A stretch of 60,000 nucleotides of DNA. Source: Laetmonice hystrix. Its lineage: Eukaryota. The notes beneath the pieces are model-generated. The model saw only the letters and a list, made by a program, of their open reading frames with translations, was not told where the DNA came from and did no database searches. Both the position numbers and the translations under genes were made by a program. Shown piece by piece: positions 1-14,062 of this stretch (its first letter is position 1; each line of letters begins with the position of its first letter). Location of the stretch: NCBI GenBank assembly GCA_965235115.1, contig OZ249436.1, positions 30,816,001 to 30,876,000 on the forward strand. The letters run 5' to 3'.

Positions 1-734
1 AAGCAAATCTTATCAATCTAGCACAAATCTGGCATTAACCACACCAAGACTGTCACATTACAGTGCTACGTGGGCTGTTTGTTACCCATAATTATACACG
101 ATTACAACATCCGCAGTATTAGACAGAGATCCAGAAATAGAGAGATGTCTGGCTATATACAGCGCTACACACTGAAAAACTCCTATCGACGTGCTGGTCT
201 ATATCATCACCGGCTCCACGGTCTAGCCAGGCTTCCTCCCTGGTGCAGCCATTGCACCAACGTGGCCTCAGCATCATCATCGCCATCATCAGCCTCATCA
301 TCAGCATCCTAGATGTGAGAGGCTGGCAGGTATTGCTGCGGTAGGCCCAGTCACCAGACGGAGTTGTTACTATAAACAGATTCAGACGAAGCCCTACCAG
401 CAGCGGCCTCATTGCGAACATCAAACCGGTCAGGTGCAACCAGGAGCAATACGAGGTTCTCTGGTTCTCCAGTAGTCGAGTACATCAGGTCAATATCGTG
501 CATTGTACGGTTAGGACCAATTCTGTCTTAAATGAAAAGCAATGATCTAATCACATGAACAAAACAACCGTTACGAATACTGAAATACACTGATCACTAT
601 ATGAAAATTACATTCTAATCTACGATGGTGAGTATAATGTCAGCCCAGGAGGCATCTCTTATGAAAGCGTTAGCCTGCAGTGTTGTAGATAGAGTGAATG
701 TTTCATTACAGTAGAGTGTTTATAGTGAACCGAC

Positions 735-812
735 GCGGCGGGTTGGAATCGAACCAAAACGAAACCACAGGTGGCCTTCAGGTATTTGCCAAACCCACTG
801 GGCCACAGAGCT
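735..812 (-). mobile_element. tRNA-derived SINE head (Pol III A and B boxes)
   Basis: Minus strand reads TGGCCCAGTGG (A box, 805-795) and GGTTCGATTCC (B box, 755-745) at tRNA-like spacing. No intact cloverleaf. The body probably continues leftward. Confidence 0.5.
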
Positions 813-2109
813 TCTCCTGTACCCTAACGAGCCACATGTGAGGTGCCAGGTCAATCACTCATGTCCGAAGATTACCTGCTCCAATCCAACAAACGAATCG
901 AGATTCAAGATCCGTTGGTGCTCACAATATAGGTTGAATGACAGTTTCCCTCAAAACAAACAAAGCGTTGGGTATTTGCATTTCTGCCTATCCACAGGAA
1001 CCCTGTCAATGCCAGGTTTCCATAGAAACGTGGATATACATCAAAAGGATGAGGAACATGGTGGTTCGTGGGAGGTCGAACACTACAATTTATGACGTTT
1101 TCACATGCAATGTCAGTGGTTTCTTCTCCCCATGTAAGCCGTACCTTAGTTCAGGTAACAGCTATGGCCTCTTCACATGAATGCCGTACATACCTGTATT
1201 TTATCACCTGTCCTTACAGTACAACATCCCACTCAAAATCAACTTTCTTCACTTTAACTGACCAATTATTTAATGTAGTGAAGGCTGCCAATTTTCAGTC
1301 AGTAAACTAACAACTATTTTAGAGATTAAAGGCAGCCTCTTGCATATATTACGAACATTTGATAGTGACTTCGTGCGCATTTTCTACGGGTTCTACGGTA
1401 CCATCCCTTCAACCTTACATCAATATTACTTGTCTTGACAGTGGATCCGAGTTCATGCCATTGTCAGACGCAACGAGTGGGAGTTACATCTCATTTCAGA
1501 AACTTTTGAAATGCCTTTCATTGCTATCTGGCCAAATTCTTTGGCCGTTTCACCAAACTATGCAGGCCTTCCCTCCCGCAAGTATTGGTCTCCAAGATAG
1601 GGCTGTACCCACTGTTCAATGGGGTCGCCTCCCTTTGTATGTGGCTGGAATCAATCTCCTTAGGGTGCCCATTAACGTTATGGTGACCAACAATGGAAGC
1701 TGACCACAGGTCTTATGGCCAAATCAGGTGAAATGTTCAATTAGCCTTGCTCATCATTGATTATTCATGCTACATGTACATATTATTTTCATTGCCAAGA
1801 CATACGTCCGAGACGTTGCTGTAGTGAATTTAGTTACACTTTTGAACGAAGTGGTCATGGATGGAAAGAATCACTTTTGAGGTATGTCCACATTTGATAC
1901 TTTATTACTGACAGTGTGTCTCTCAGAAAGGTTGTGATGAAGTCACTCTTGTGGTTCATTATCATGAATATATTAAAATCTTACAGGGTCCACAAGAACT
2001 TTGCAAGAGCTCGCGACCAAGGAATACTATCGTCACCAGATCTTACTCCGACGTCAATGTCTATTTTCTGAATTTCTCCAATTTCAGTGATTCAGTCAGT
2101 GTAAAGGAT

Positions 2110-2542
2110 GAAATCAATCAGAGAGTATCTCTGATTCCAACGACTCCAAAATGCAGACATGGGCTGTTGGGTTAGATCAGGCCATAGACTATATGAATCA
2201 GTAAATGTATACTATATCCACAGTTAAACGGAGATATCTAATGGAATTCAACATTCCAGTTCACTCTGGGTTGCCTGTTGTCGCCATGAGGCGAACGGCT
2301 CATGGCTGGTTGTTGACCTGGCGTTGACTTGAACAGACAATGAAATTCATCGAGCGATGAACCAATGAATTTCATTGGCTGTTCAAGTCAGGCCAACGAT
2401 TTTTGCAACAACCAGCCAAAAGAGGAGCCAACGGGCAACTGAAATGTTGAACTTCATTAGATTTCTCCATTTCTGTGGGTATACATTTTATTGACTTAGG
2501 CCTATGTACTCACTGAAATGAGAGATACTCTCTGACTGCTTT
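2110..2542. mobile_element. Degenerate palindromic (hairpin) MITE-like element
   Basis: Nested inverted matches around ~2357: TGACTTGAACAGACAATGAAATTCAT / ATGAATTTCATTGGCTGTTCAAGTCA, GGCTGGTTGTTG / CAACAACCAGCC, CAGAGAGTATCTC / GAGATACTCTCTG. Confidence 0.6.
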
Positions 2543-5359
2543 AAAAAAAAGTCAAGGATTCCAAGCGTCGATGATGATACGGGAGGGTGATACCCGTGTT
2601 TTAAGTTCCAACTACCGTACCATTAGGATCCTCTTTCGCCGGAGTTTCCTGAGCACCCCTACTTGCTGGATACATCTTTATTTATAGAGTAAACGTATAC
2701 CTAAATATAGATTTAACATGTGTTCAAGCGCAGTCATGTAGTAGGTTACACTCACTCCACATCATGTTTGATCCATCAACTTCAGTCTGGGTCGTTACAG
2801 CCAGCTACAGATTAACTTTTTATCCTTCACCGACCTTCCACACCGTCAGATTTATCACTCCGAGAAAAATCTAACGTAATCAGCCCTATCAGGTAATTCA
2901 CAATCCCAAATTACAGCATCCAGATATTGTTCTCCCTGGGCCCCTGCTACAAAAGGTTAAGTATTCTGGGTGAATCATCATGTATCAGATTTAGTGAACG
3001 AGGTATCAGATTTCAGTTCATGGTCGGTGCTGGAGGAGGTGGTGGTCGTGTGGATATTACAAAACCGGTTTGGGCATACATCTGACCGCTCTATGTCCTT
3101 GTGTCAACTAGTTCCAGACAAAATTGGTCTATCTGTGTGTAGTATCCTGCTTCTCACCCAGGCATGTGGTGTCGACCGACAGGCATAGGGATTGCAATTA
3201 TCCTCGTGACCCCTTACTGCATGATGGAGAACAAATCAACGAGGCTATAAGTATCAGTAATGCTATGTTGCTCCCCCCATGCCCGTTTCAAATACAATGT
3301 ATATTAAAGGGATAGAAATAGGCCTAGACCTACGAAGGACGCCTTATAAGTTCGCAGTATGCGGGAGTATGGGACAATGATACTATAAATCCCCTAAATT
3401 TTTAGGTTGAATATTTATAATGATCTGTTTAGAAATAGGTATTAATTATGTAAACAGTAAACTCCACTTTTTCAATTAGTGGAAAACATCAAGACCCTTA
3501 TTTCCTATGACACCGGGCTGTAAAAACCATTTTGTCCCCCATTTCCTTCGATAATTCTGCACATTTAATGTCGGCAACATCCTTACTGCATTATGCAACA
3601 AATGAAGTTACCATTCACAGCACACCTTCCCATAGGTTCAAACACATAAATCTACCATGAAACAAAGCCAAGGGTGCAACCTACCCTATTTATGTGGTCA
3701 GATGTCGACTACATGTTTCAACAGACACAAATATTAAGAGTAAATTGGCGTCACCGGACACGACTGCTGTGTCCGGTCAACACCACAGCGGATGAACTTT
3801 GGTGTTTTTTGATTTACATAGGAGTCAACCACATGTCTTGGATGATAATTAAAACGGCGACAACAGCTAATATCACCGGCTAAATATGTCTTTGGTCTGG
3901 TAGAGTACAAGCAGATGAATTATGAATTACATGCATAGTATAATGGCAGAGGGACGTAGGCTGCATTTGAAGTTCTGTACTATAACCAAAGCATTCGACA
4001 TAGGTATGGTTCCTCAGTTAGAGGATTTCATCATTCCCAGCATGGATACCTTTATCTTTTGTATGACGTTACGGCACACATTCATAATCAAAAAGAACCA
4101 TGATTGATTTTTTTTGTCATTTTTGTTGGATTAGAATCTTCATTTCGAGATTTGCAGGAGAAAAGAGCTTGCTCTTACCTTGGTTCTCGACACCCCCCCC
4201 CCCCCCCCCAATGCCCTAAAAATCTACAATGGATCCGTGACAGAACCCAGTTTGTGAGAAACACAGAAACGCCCAGTTCCCTCTTGGTCATGCCATGACA
4301 CACCGATGACGCCTGTTCAAAACATCCCCATGTTTATCCAGCTATCCCTGTTCTCCCCCTCCACGTCCCTCTCCCTCTAGATATATCTCTCCTTAAAACT
4401 GACTTGACTGCAGGAATACTTTCCTTAGATCCTCGTATTGACTGAGGCTCTTTCAGATAGAGCGCCTGGATGCAAATAACATCAGTTTGAGTCACCGTCT
4501 GCTGCTGCTGCTGAGCCATGTCGAGGTGGTATTCTGACCCCGTTCCTCCAACTTCTGCCGCCTTGAAGGTTGCCAGGATGATCCACACTGATAGGAATGT
4601 TTATAGCGCTTCTTCATGTGAAGATAAACATTTTTTTGCCCATATCACAAAATCCGGTTTTAGTTTTTTTATGCAGAACCCTTGCGCTAAATATTACAAA
4701 TTTAACTTCCATCTTACTCTTTGGTGAGCTCGCAAACACTGCTTCAATCTGGTATTATTCTAAAAATGAAGTTTCGAAAATGAAGTATGTGTTTCCAAGT
4801 GCTTAAATACTAATACTTTACCGGAATAAGCTCATCCTAACATCTTTTAAACGCTTGACTAATATTATTCATTTTCCTGTGGGATGAAGGCTTGGTCCCT
4901 CTGAATGACGTAATGGCAAACTCGTCTTTGTGGTGTGCTGTTTACTTTAATCAGATATAATAACCCAGTATAGGTCCAAGACAAAGGGCCATTATGCTAA
5001 TGATGTTTAATTATATCCTATGAATTGTAAAAGAAAATTTTCCTGGAAGTAGTCAAGCTCACACTGTGAACAATGTGAACATAAATATTATGTGATAAAC
5101 ACGGTAGGCATCCCGTGTTGTACACAAACACAATAACCCTTCTGTGTGACTCACTGCAACAATACCGATACCCGACAGTCTCGTTGATTTAGGAAACTGA
5201 GCTATTTTGATAGTGTTAGCCACTTTACTCGACAAATCTTGCCACTTCACCTTTGGTGACCTAAGTTTGACGTGCCAGATAACGGTACCTGGGACTTGGT
5301 GCATTAACGGGGGAAATGGATAGAGAGGAAGAGTAAGTGCTCCATCGATTTGAATCGTC

Positions 5360-5882
5360 CCACATCTTCACCTGCCGTGCTGGATGGTGCTAGATAGCCA
5401 GGGGGGGGGGGGGGGGGTAATATCGGAGACGAATGGATATACTATAGGAAGAGCTGAGATGATACGACAGTGTCACAGCCACTAGGCTCAGCACATTCTG
5501 ACACTTCACCTCTGCTGACTACCGCCTGCCGTGCCAGATACCGGCACCAAGGACGAGAGACGAATGGATATAGGAAGAACGAATTGAGATGTTATGGCAG
5601 TGTCACGGCCACTAGGCTTAGCACATTCTGCACTTCACCTCTGCTGACTACCGCCTGCCGTGCCAGATACTGGCACCAAGGTCGAGAGACGAATGGACAT
5701 AGGAAGAGCTATCCGAGATGTTATGACAGTCATACAGTCACTAGGCTCAGCACATTCTGACACTTCACCTCTGCTGACTACCGCCTGCCGTGCCAGATAC
5801 TGGCACCAAGGTCGAGAGACGAATGGATATAGGAGCAAACGAGATGTTATGGCAGTGTCACAGTTACTTGGCTCGGCACACA
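5360..5882. repeat. Tandem repeat, ~125-130 bp unit, about 4 copies
   Basis: CACTTCACCTCTGCTGACTACCGCCTGCCGTGCCAGATAC..GGCACCAAGG.CGAGAGACGAATGGA recurs at ~5502, ~5631 and ~5761. Decayed copies at ~5270, ~5365, ~7213 and ~7335. Confidence 0.85.
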
Positions 5883-5922
5883 TTGGCCTAACACCTATGC
5901 ATAGTACCGCCTATGGGGTGCT

Positions 5923-7092
5923 AAGTGTTACCTTTATAATTTCGTACACGGAATTCTTTTTCGTAAAGGAAATTCGTACACGAAATTCTTTTTCGTAAAC
6001 GAATTACGAAATTATAATTTCGTAGACGAAATTCTTTTTCGTACACGAAATTCTTTTCCTACACGAAATTCTTTTTCGTAAACGAAATTATAATTCTGTA
6101 CACGAAATTCTTTTTCGGAACGGAATTATAATTTCATACACGAAATTCTTTTTCGTAAACGAAATTATAATTTTGTAAACGTAATATCCATTTCGTATAT
6201 GGAATGACATTTCGTCTACGCAATATTCAATTCCGTCAACGAAATTCACTTTCGTCTCAATGGCATTTAGTACACGATATGGACATGGTGGAGATGAAAT
6301 TCCATTCTGTATACAGAATGGATTATTGTGGAGACGAAATAACATTTCGTGGAAAAAAATTATTTTATGGGCACGAAAGTCAATTCCGTGGACAGAATTG
6401 ATTATTATGTAGACGAAATTGAATTTCGTACACGAAATGGACTTTAAGGAGACGAAATTCCATTCTGTATATGGAATCGAATTGTTGAGACGATCTTATA
6501 CTTAATAGAAGGAGCAAAATGTGCTGTCATTCTCGTAGATGGAATGGATGTACTGTGGAGACGAAGTAGAATTTCCTACACGAAATGAATGATATGGAGA
6601 CGGAATTCCATTTCGTAGACAAAATGGATGATTGCTGAGACAAAAGTGAATTTCGTTGACGGAATTGTTTTTTGTGTAGACGAAATGTCATTTCGTTTAC
6701 GAAAGAGAATTTCGTCTACGAAATTATAATTTCGTTTACGAAAAAGAATTTTGTGTTTGTGACACGCAATGGATACTGTGGAGACGAAAATCATTCTCGG
6801 AGACAGAATGGATGTACTGTGGAGACGAAATAGAATTTCTTACACGAAATGAATACTATGGAGACGAAATTCCATTTTGTAGACAAAATGGATGATTCTT
6901 GAGACGAAAGTGAATTTCGTTGACGGAACTGATTATTGTGTAGACGAAAAGTCATTCCGTTTACGAAATGGATATTACGTCTACGAAATTATAATTTTGT
7001 TTACAAAAAAGAATTTCGTGTACAAAATTATAATTTCGTTTACTTCGTTTACGTAAAAGAATTTCGTGTACGAAATTATAAAGGTAACACTT
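5923..7092. mobile_element. Foldback-type element with long modular inverted repeats
   Basis: Ends AAGTGTTACCTTTATAATTTCGTACACG and CGTGTACGAAATTATAAAGGTAACACTT are exact reverse complements. The interior is built of ~19-20 bp self-palindromic TTTCGTnnACGAAA units. Confidence 0.85.
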
Positions 7093-10000
7093 GGCCTGGA
7101 CGACTGAAGGAAAATGGATATAGCTATTATAGATTAGAAAGAACAAATTGAGGTGGTATGAAGGTGTTATGGCAACCTTTTTCGGCACATTTATCTTTGT
7201 TGACTACTTCTTACCAGATACCGGCACAAGGGGCTGTAGAGAAATGGATGTACAAAGGTGTTTTGACAGGGTGACTCCGTTGTGACTGCATGGTGACTCG
7301 GCATATATTAACTGGCTCTCCATATCTTTTGACCATGCCTGCCGTCCCACATACAGGTACCCGCGAGTACTAGAACAATGGAGGAAATGGATATATGGTA
7401 GTGGATGTATGAATGGATACAGAAAAAGCAATTCAAAGTCATTGTGCAGTAGGTACCCTCGGTAAATTAGCCATTAACTGATTAAAATAACAAAAAGAAC
7501 AGTCAAGAATTTGTAGATCTGGACCTACTAATCCATAAGAAAACAGCTCCTGGTCTGATTATGAAATCCGGAGCTCTGGACTGGTGAATAAGGTCATACA
7601 AATAACAAAAAGGAGCGCATTGTACAGGCTGTGGCGGAAGAGAACCAAATCACTCGGGGGCGCTTCTTCACACATCTGCTCGCGATAAAATTCACGATAA
7701 ATCTGGTGCTGTGGCATATTAATCTTCACGTTGAACATTTCCGCTGGCAAGGCTGAATGCTGCTGAGGCTGAGCTTGACGCTGCTGGGTATGGCTGCAGT
7801 TTCCCATGCGCATTGTTTCTTCCGTTTTCAACGAGACCGATGAGACAACTGACTCGGCCGCTGGTGATGAGGTAAAAACGAGACGGCAAAGCCTGATTGA
7901 GCCTTAACAGCCCGCTCCAACCAGTTGGGGGCCCAGATGGCGAGGCTTTCCCGCTAAACACTACTCGTCAGTCACTGACGCTGCAACATGCTTGGTTGCC
8001 CTTTTCTCTCTGATAGAAATACTTGTAATGAAAGTTCCATAAATAATTTTATATAAAAAAAAGCAAAAAGCTAAAAGTTAATAATAATCTTAAATCTGTT
8101 AATACAATTAACACGCCTCGGTTTAATTATCCAGTTGTTGACGATATTCACAAGCTGCTACGGTCTGCCTGTTCAGTCTGCCATTTTACATGTGATCGAA
8201 TTCATCCGAGCACACCGAACACGTAATCCTACAATGAATTCTGCCCTTTCTGTTATTTAAACTTATTTATCTCATTTACCGTCAAAGCTTTTACTATCAT
8301 CAAACCATTTCATATTAAAGACAGAATAACAACATGACCTAAGTCAAACGGAATTTCAGTGTTCATTTTATTTGGATCTTTTCACGTGTGACTTTAGCAT
8401 ATTGCCATATAGTATTGACAGCAGCAGGGTTATTGAATCTAAGCTGACCTATTTGTGTAAATTCAGTCAAAAGGCAGATGATAATGACAGCTGGTGTTCT
8501 ATTATCCAAGTCACAAAGCAATGCTTCTATTCTTAACCACATTTGTAATATAGGAATAAATCTTCACAGAACACTATGCTCTGAATAATTCTCAGTGTTA
8601 CCGAGTCATGAGTCACATTTTCTTATTGGGATTAGATTTTTTTACTTCCTATTCTTTTCTCTGATTCTTTGGTCAGATTGTGTGTATTCACTTACTTGCC
8701 ATGCAGTCTTTCTCGTCTTTTCTAAAGGTGTTTGTCTAACATAGTTTTAATACTGTCAAGACAACATGTGCATACCTTGAGACGGTAACTGGTTGCAGTA
8801 AGGTTCTTATGCCATTAACATTCTCTTCAAGATTTGCGAGTACCGTACTCATTTCACAGAGAATCGTAAATGTAGATTTCTAATGATTTTATGTTCTCAA
8901 AGAAACTGTCCAATTAAAGATGAGATTATAATATGTACATAAGACAACTAAAAACGGGTCTAATTATCTCATCCGGCTCTCTGATCCTCGATCTATATAT
9001 TGGACCCCACCCCCCCACCCCCACCCCCACACCGTGACCTACTCCATCTGTACCAACGCGGCCCTTTCCTTATCATCTCGATACAGGGTATCATGTGCCT
9101 GGTATTTTTTTGATCTTCTGTGTCAGCACGTTCAGTTTTAATATCAGAAAATATTCATCAGCTCTGTGTGTTTACACCGTGAATCATGCCCTGACCGACT
9201 TCAGTTGCAACTAACTCAGAAACGCACTTCTTCGTGTGCTCTGATGCTGTTCTGTCATGCTAATGTCTCATCAATCCATATGCAACATGTGTTCATGTAC
9301 ATCTATCTATGTACATACGCCAGGTAATCTGAAACACGTACATGTTGGCCTGGCATTTGGTAAATAAAAAGTAAGAATGAAAAATAAATGAATATAAGTG
9401 GAGTTTGAGCATAAGTGGTGTAGCTGAGCTATACTGTCATACGTCATGACATCAGCATAGTGGTATTTCATACCGCAAGACATATACTTCTGGTATACAT
9501 TGTATACTGCCTTACTGGTGATGTTTGCACCATGGGCCCTTCTTTGAAGAGCTATAACCACAGACCACACCCCAACAATTCCACCCCCCCCCCCTCCCAC
9601 CCCCCAAAAAGACGAAAGTCGTCAGCTACGTTTGACAATGAGGTGTCTATTAGATCTGATATTCTGATCTGATGGTTACACATTCGATCAGGCCTCATGC
9701 AGAGCCTAGACCGGGTGTACTGGAGGCGTGCTCCCAGTATGCTGTACGTGGTACGGTAAGGGTCTGGGTTCGCGGTGCTCGCTGGCAACTCGCCCAGCCA
9801 CGCAGAAAAGACAGACTAGACACAGACTGATCAATATAGCTGAAGATCAGCATGTTCATATCCAGCACCACATCACCAGTCGACTCAAACTGCCAGACTA
9901 CAACAACTTTCCAAATATACAGCTGTCAACGTATTAATATCGTGATTTCCTGACCTGCCATATGTTTATATGACGTGCTCCTCAAGGCGGGATATGCCCT

Positions 10001-11094
10001 TGAATGGAAGCGAAGACTGGATATATGCCCTTGGTCCCGGTTACCCACTTCCTGGTGGATTAAACTTGTGAATCTGGTTACAACTGATGCCAATCAGGTA
10101 ATGATGGATGACCTGCTGGTTTGATGGATGTAACTTGTTATTGATCTCAAGTTCTAGTACTGACTCAGACGTGAGCCGGTAGGGGTTCCTCACATCCTTC
10201 TTGAGGGGACGGCATGGTACACAATAGGCCATATATTCTGCTGCGGAACTGCAGCTGTGTTAATTGTGGAACTCTTAACCCGACCTAATATCCCATTCAA
10301 TTTAAACTGGTACACAGTAGGCCCCTACATAATTATGAAACAATACATAAATTAAGAACAAGAAATGCACTCGACTAACTGTGAACCCACTGCTCCAAGA
10401 ATGAATCGATACAAGATGGTGTGAGCACAATAGTAGGAGGAACGGAGAATGAGTAAGCGTTTCATAGGTGACACAGCGACCCGTATACATGTACAACACA
10501 GGTACTCACCATGCTCATCTTGTATAAGGCACTCAATCTTGCGGACAAGGACCACCCTGAGGAGGGACCACGGGAGAGGAGCTCCCCCTGGGGTGACGGC
10601 AAGGTCCCGGTCCTGCTGCTCCATCCACGGTGGTACATCCATAACGTGCAAATCGAACGCCAGCAATATCAACAAAGGTGTGCAAGGTCACCCTGTCGTC
10701 TAGGGTCGTGGGTCGGCGGAGACCACAGACATACGACCCCACTGGCAGATTTTGCTACCACCACTCCTCTTCCTCCTCCTATCACCAACTACTACTACAA
10801 CACCAGGGCTACCAGGTGGTTGCATGTACATATACCGGTGCCACATCAGCTGTCAGATCCCTGAGATTGTTGAAGTCCTGGAAGCATTGGTATGCCGAGG
10901 GACACCCACCAGGTTGGTGCCGTCCCAGCACCAGGTCTGATTAAGGTTTCATCGTTCTGTCCGCCTGACGTATACCAGTAACTAACCGAGGCATGCTCAT
11001 CAACAGGTATAGATGAAACAGTCGCTGTTTTCAGGAGGAATCCTCCTTCTGTTACTCCCTTCCCCCTTTCTTGCTATTTGGCCACTGCCCCACC

Positions 11095-11315
11095 CGCCCG
11101 CCTGCCTGCCTGCCTGCTGCTTGCTTGGCTCCAAGTCCTCTGGGCCCAGTCTTCTACCGTGACCAATGCCTATGCCTGCAGTCTGCACTGCTTGCTTCGG
11201 TTCTGGTCTGGCTCTGTGTGGTCTGCTGCTGCTGTGGTGGTGGTGGTGCTGCTGCTGCAGACAGCCGGTATCTGGTACCGATGGATGGAGGCTGCTGCTG
11301 CTGCTGCTGCTGCAG
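11095..11315. repeat. Cluster of simple repeats (CCTG)n, (GGT)n, (GCT)n in a GC-rich tract
   Basis: Directly visible, e.g. (GCT)7 starting at 11292. Confidence 0.7.
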
Positions 11316-14062
11316 GAAGCCGGTGGTAGAATACGGAACGACTGCCGTCTACTGTACCCGCCCCACTCTCCGTGATACCCACGGCCACTGCTGGAGCTGT
11401 CACTACGGCCCTCCCTGACCCTTGACTCTCACTGACTTCACATTAGAACGACATTAGCACGCTGCAACTATCTCCTTTATGGTGTGAAGGCCAAGATACA
11501 TGTCAAGTTTCACGCCGTCTTCGCCGTCATATATGCCGATCAGGCCTGCGTCAACTTCGCAGTAAAACGGAACGGCGAAAATCTGTTCTAACTGATTGTG
11601 TGCTAAACACTATACCACTCAGAAGTCTTTTTGTAATCATCTTAGATTTCTTTTATGTACGAATCGACTGTGCTGCCCTGGGACCTTTCCTTGTCAATCT
11701 GCCACCGTGTGTGGCCGACAACTATGTCATTGGACTTTTTACCCTTTCGATATAACTTTTACTTTTTATACGCAGACAGAGCCTGGAAGAAGATGTCTGC
11801 TGATATTTCCTAATCTTTTATGTCAACTTCGCCAAGTGACTGCTGCAAATTGGAACAAATCTCCTTTGAATTAAAGGCGTTGTCTGGATAATGATTATAG
11901 GAGCCACGGAATATCTGAAGGAGCAATTGCGTAATCAAGTACAATTAATGAATCACTAATATATTAATTACAGTGGACTTGGCATCCAATGCCAATTCTT
12001 ATTAGTGTACAAACTATTTCATGACCCACCAGAGACAACCCAGAAGGATGAATAAACTAACTCTGAGACACTTCAAAATTTTATAACGTTAAATCTTATT
12101 ATGAAAGGATAACACAATTAAAAGATTTCATTATTTTCATTTTCCCATTCTAGTTTATACATTATAAAGAACAGGCCTTAAATCTATACGCTACCGTGCA
12201 TCAGAATACTTTTATATTATGCTATTCCCGCCATATCTATACATGTTGCTGAAAACGGACAATTCTAAGTATATTTTTACGGCATATAATATTCTTCCCC
12301 TGCCCTCTGAGCATGGACGCTGGGATGGCACCACACACCCAGAATATAATCTATAGGTGTTGCCGGCAAACAGACTGAGTGCCATTTCTCGTCACAGTGA
12401 CCCCTGATCCCCACTGACAGGTTGAACGGAAGGCGCCAGTCATTTGTATTACCACAATACGATCAGCCACAACTTGTATGGCGATAAGGCGGGCAGGCCC
12501 ACACAAAACATCACTTTCCAGTCCCAATAATTTGCCAGGTCAATATAGGCACAACATCTGTATTGAAAGCAGAACTTTCGTGTCTACAGAAAAATCAAAT
12601 TTTACTGCAAATCTCAACATGAATTTCTTGGAACTATTCACATTCTTTGGAGGAACATGTCTATTATTCACACCGTCATACATATTAAATTACCTCAGAA
12701 TCTAAATTTGTAATGAAACGGTCCCAAGTTTTGAAATCTTTACTTCGAAAATTTATATCCTCTGTGAAACGTCTTATATATGGCAAAGTATTGTGTATTT
12801 TCATATCATTTACAAGATTTCTAGTTTCACTTTTAATGTTTCAACTTTCTTTCTTTTTCAACACGTGGTTATCTGCATTGTTACTCAAAAATCGTCTCCC
12901 TTTCTTCGTTCTTCGCGATGAAAAGTATGGAAAACTGGCGGATGAAAAATATAAATAAAAGCTGGGAAATCGTGAAAAACCTTTATAACAACGTGACAAT
13001 CTAACTAAAACCGTGAAAATAGCAATAGATGTTCATGTCCCTAATGGGCCACCGTAGCAGCACTCTGCGTCAGCATTGGAGAGCCCGAACTAACCTCCAC
13101 TCGGATTGCACAGTGAAACCGTGCATGTCGTGTTATTACGTGACATATTCAAACATCTGATTCAGGAGTACATAGATTTCCCCCTGAGAATGTTCAGTGC
13201 ACGGATCAGTGCTGGTTACGTTGGGGGACCATGTCTTTAATAAAGCTTCTTGTAATGTTCTTCATCACCATTTTTCAAAATATTCAGTTTATTCTAGTTG
13301 TCGTGTGCAATACAACACAATGCCGACATGCTCCTATGCAATTCAAAGGATGTTTATCCCGTCAGGAATAGCTACTTATTTTGGTACGTGTCTTCTTCAC
13401 TCTACTACAAACGTATATTCAGTTTGACACATTCACAAAATTTATATGGGAACAGAGTGGCCAAAAGTGTTCGTCGTTTTAAAAATATGTCACCAAGGAG
13501 AACTCTTTCTGACAATGAGAAATAGCTGTCAGTACGACGACACCAATACTGATGGTCTGTATAGGTTGACGTTTCTGCCTTTCTTAAAGATATAAATCTA
13601 ATCAATTCACAATGCGCAATGTGCGTGAAAAATCACGTTTCACGGTGGGTTAACTGCTAGCTTTACTCTATTCATCACAATAATTTATGGCTCAGGCAGT
13701 CTTCAGCATGTCCAGTGTAAAACAGTTTAAAGATCATCCAAAGATATATGTTCATTATGACTATTCGCTCATTATACTGTCATCATACGCACAAATACTT
13801 TAAAGACAGAATTCCAAAAATTACTTCTGTAAAGACTGAAAAAAAGAGTATGAAAATATGCGCAACTTGTAAAAGAATGCAACTGCAGGTTGCTCAGCCA
13901 TGCGCTGAAGATGTTGGTGAGGCTGCGAAATGTTTAACTAGGTTAAACTGTACTGGGTTCATGCCTCAGAAACTATTACGGATGTTGGCTAGTGAATGAA
14001 AGCGACGCTAAAAAGTGTTCTTTTTTTATTTGCTAGCATGTTTGTTGTGGATTCAGGCAATA

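Noticed and set aside
11872..12182. TTAA-flanked AGG...CCT Kolobok-like MITE
   Set aside because: Inverted match is too short and mismatched to support.
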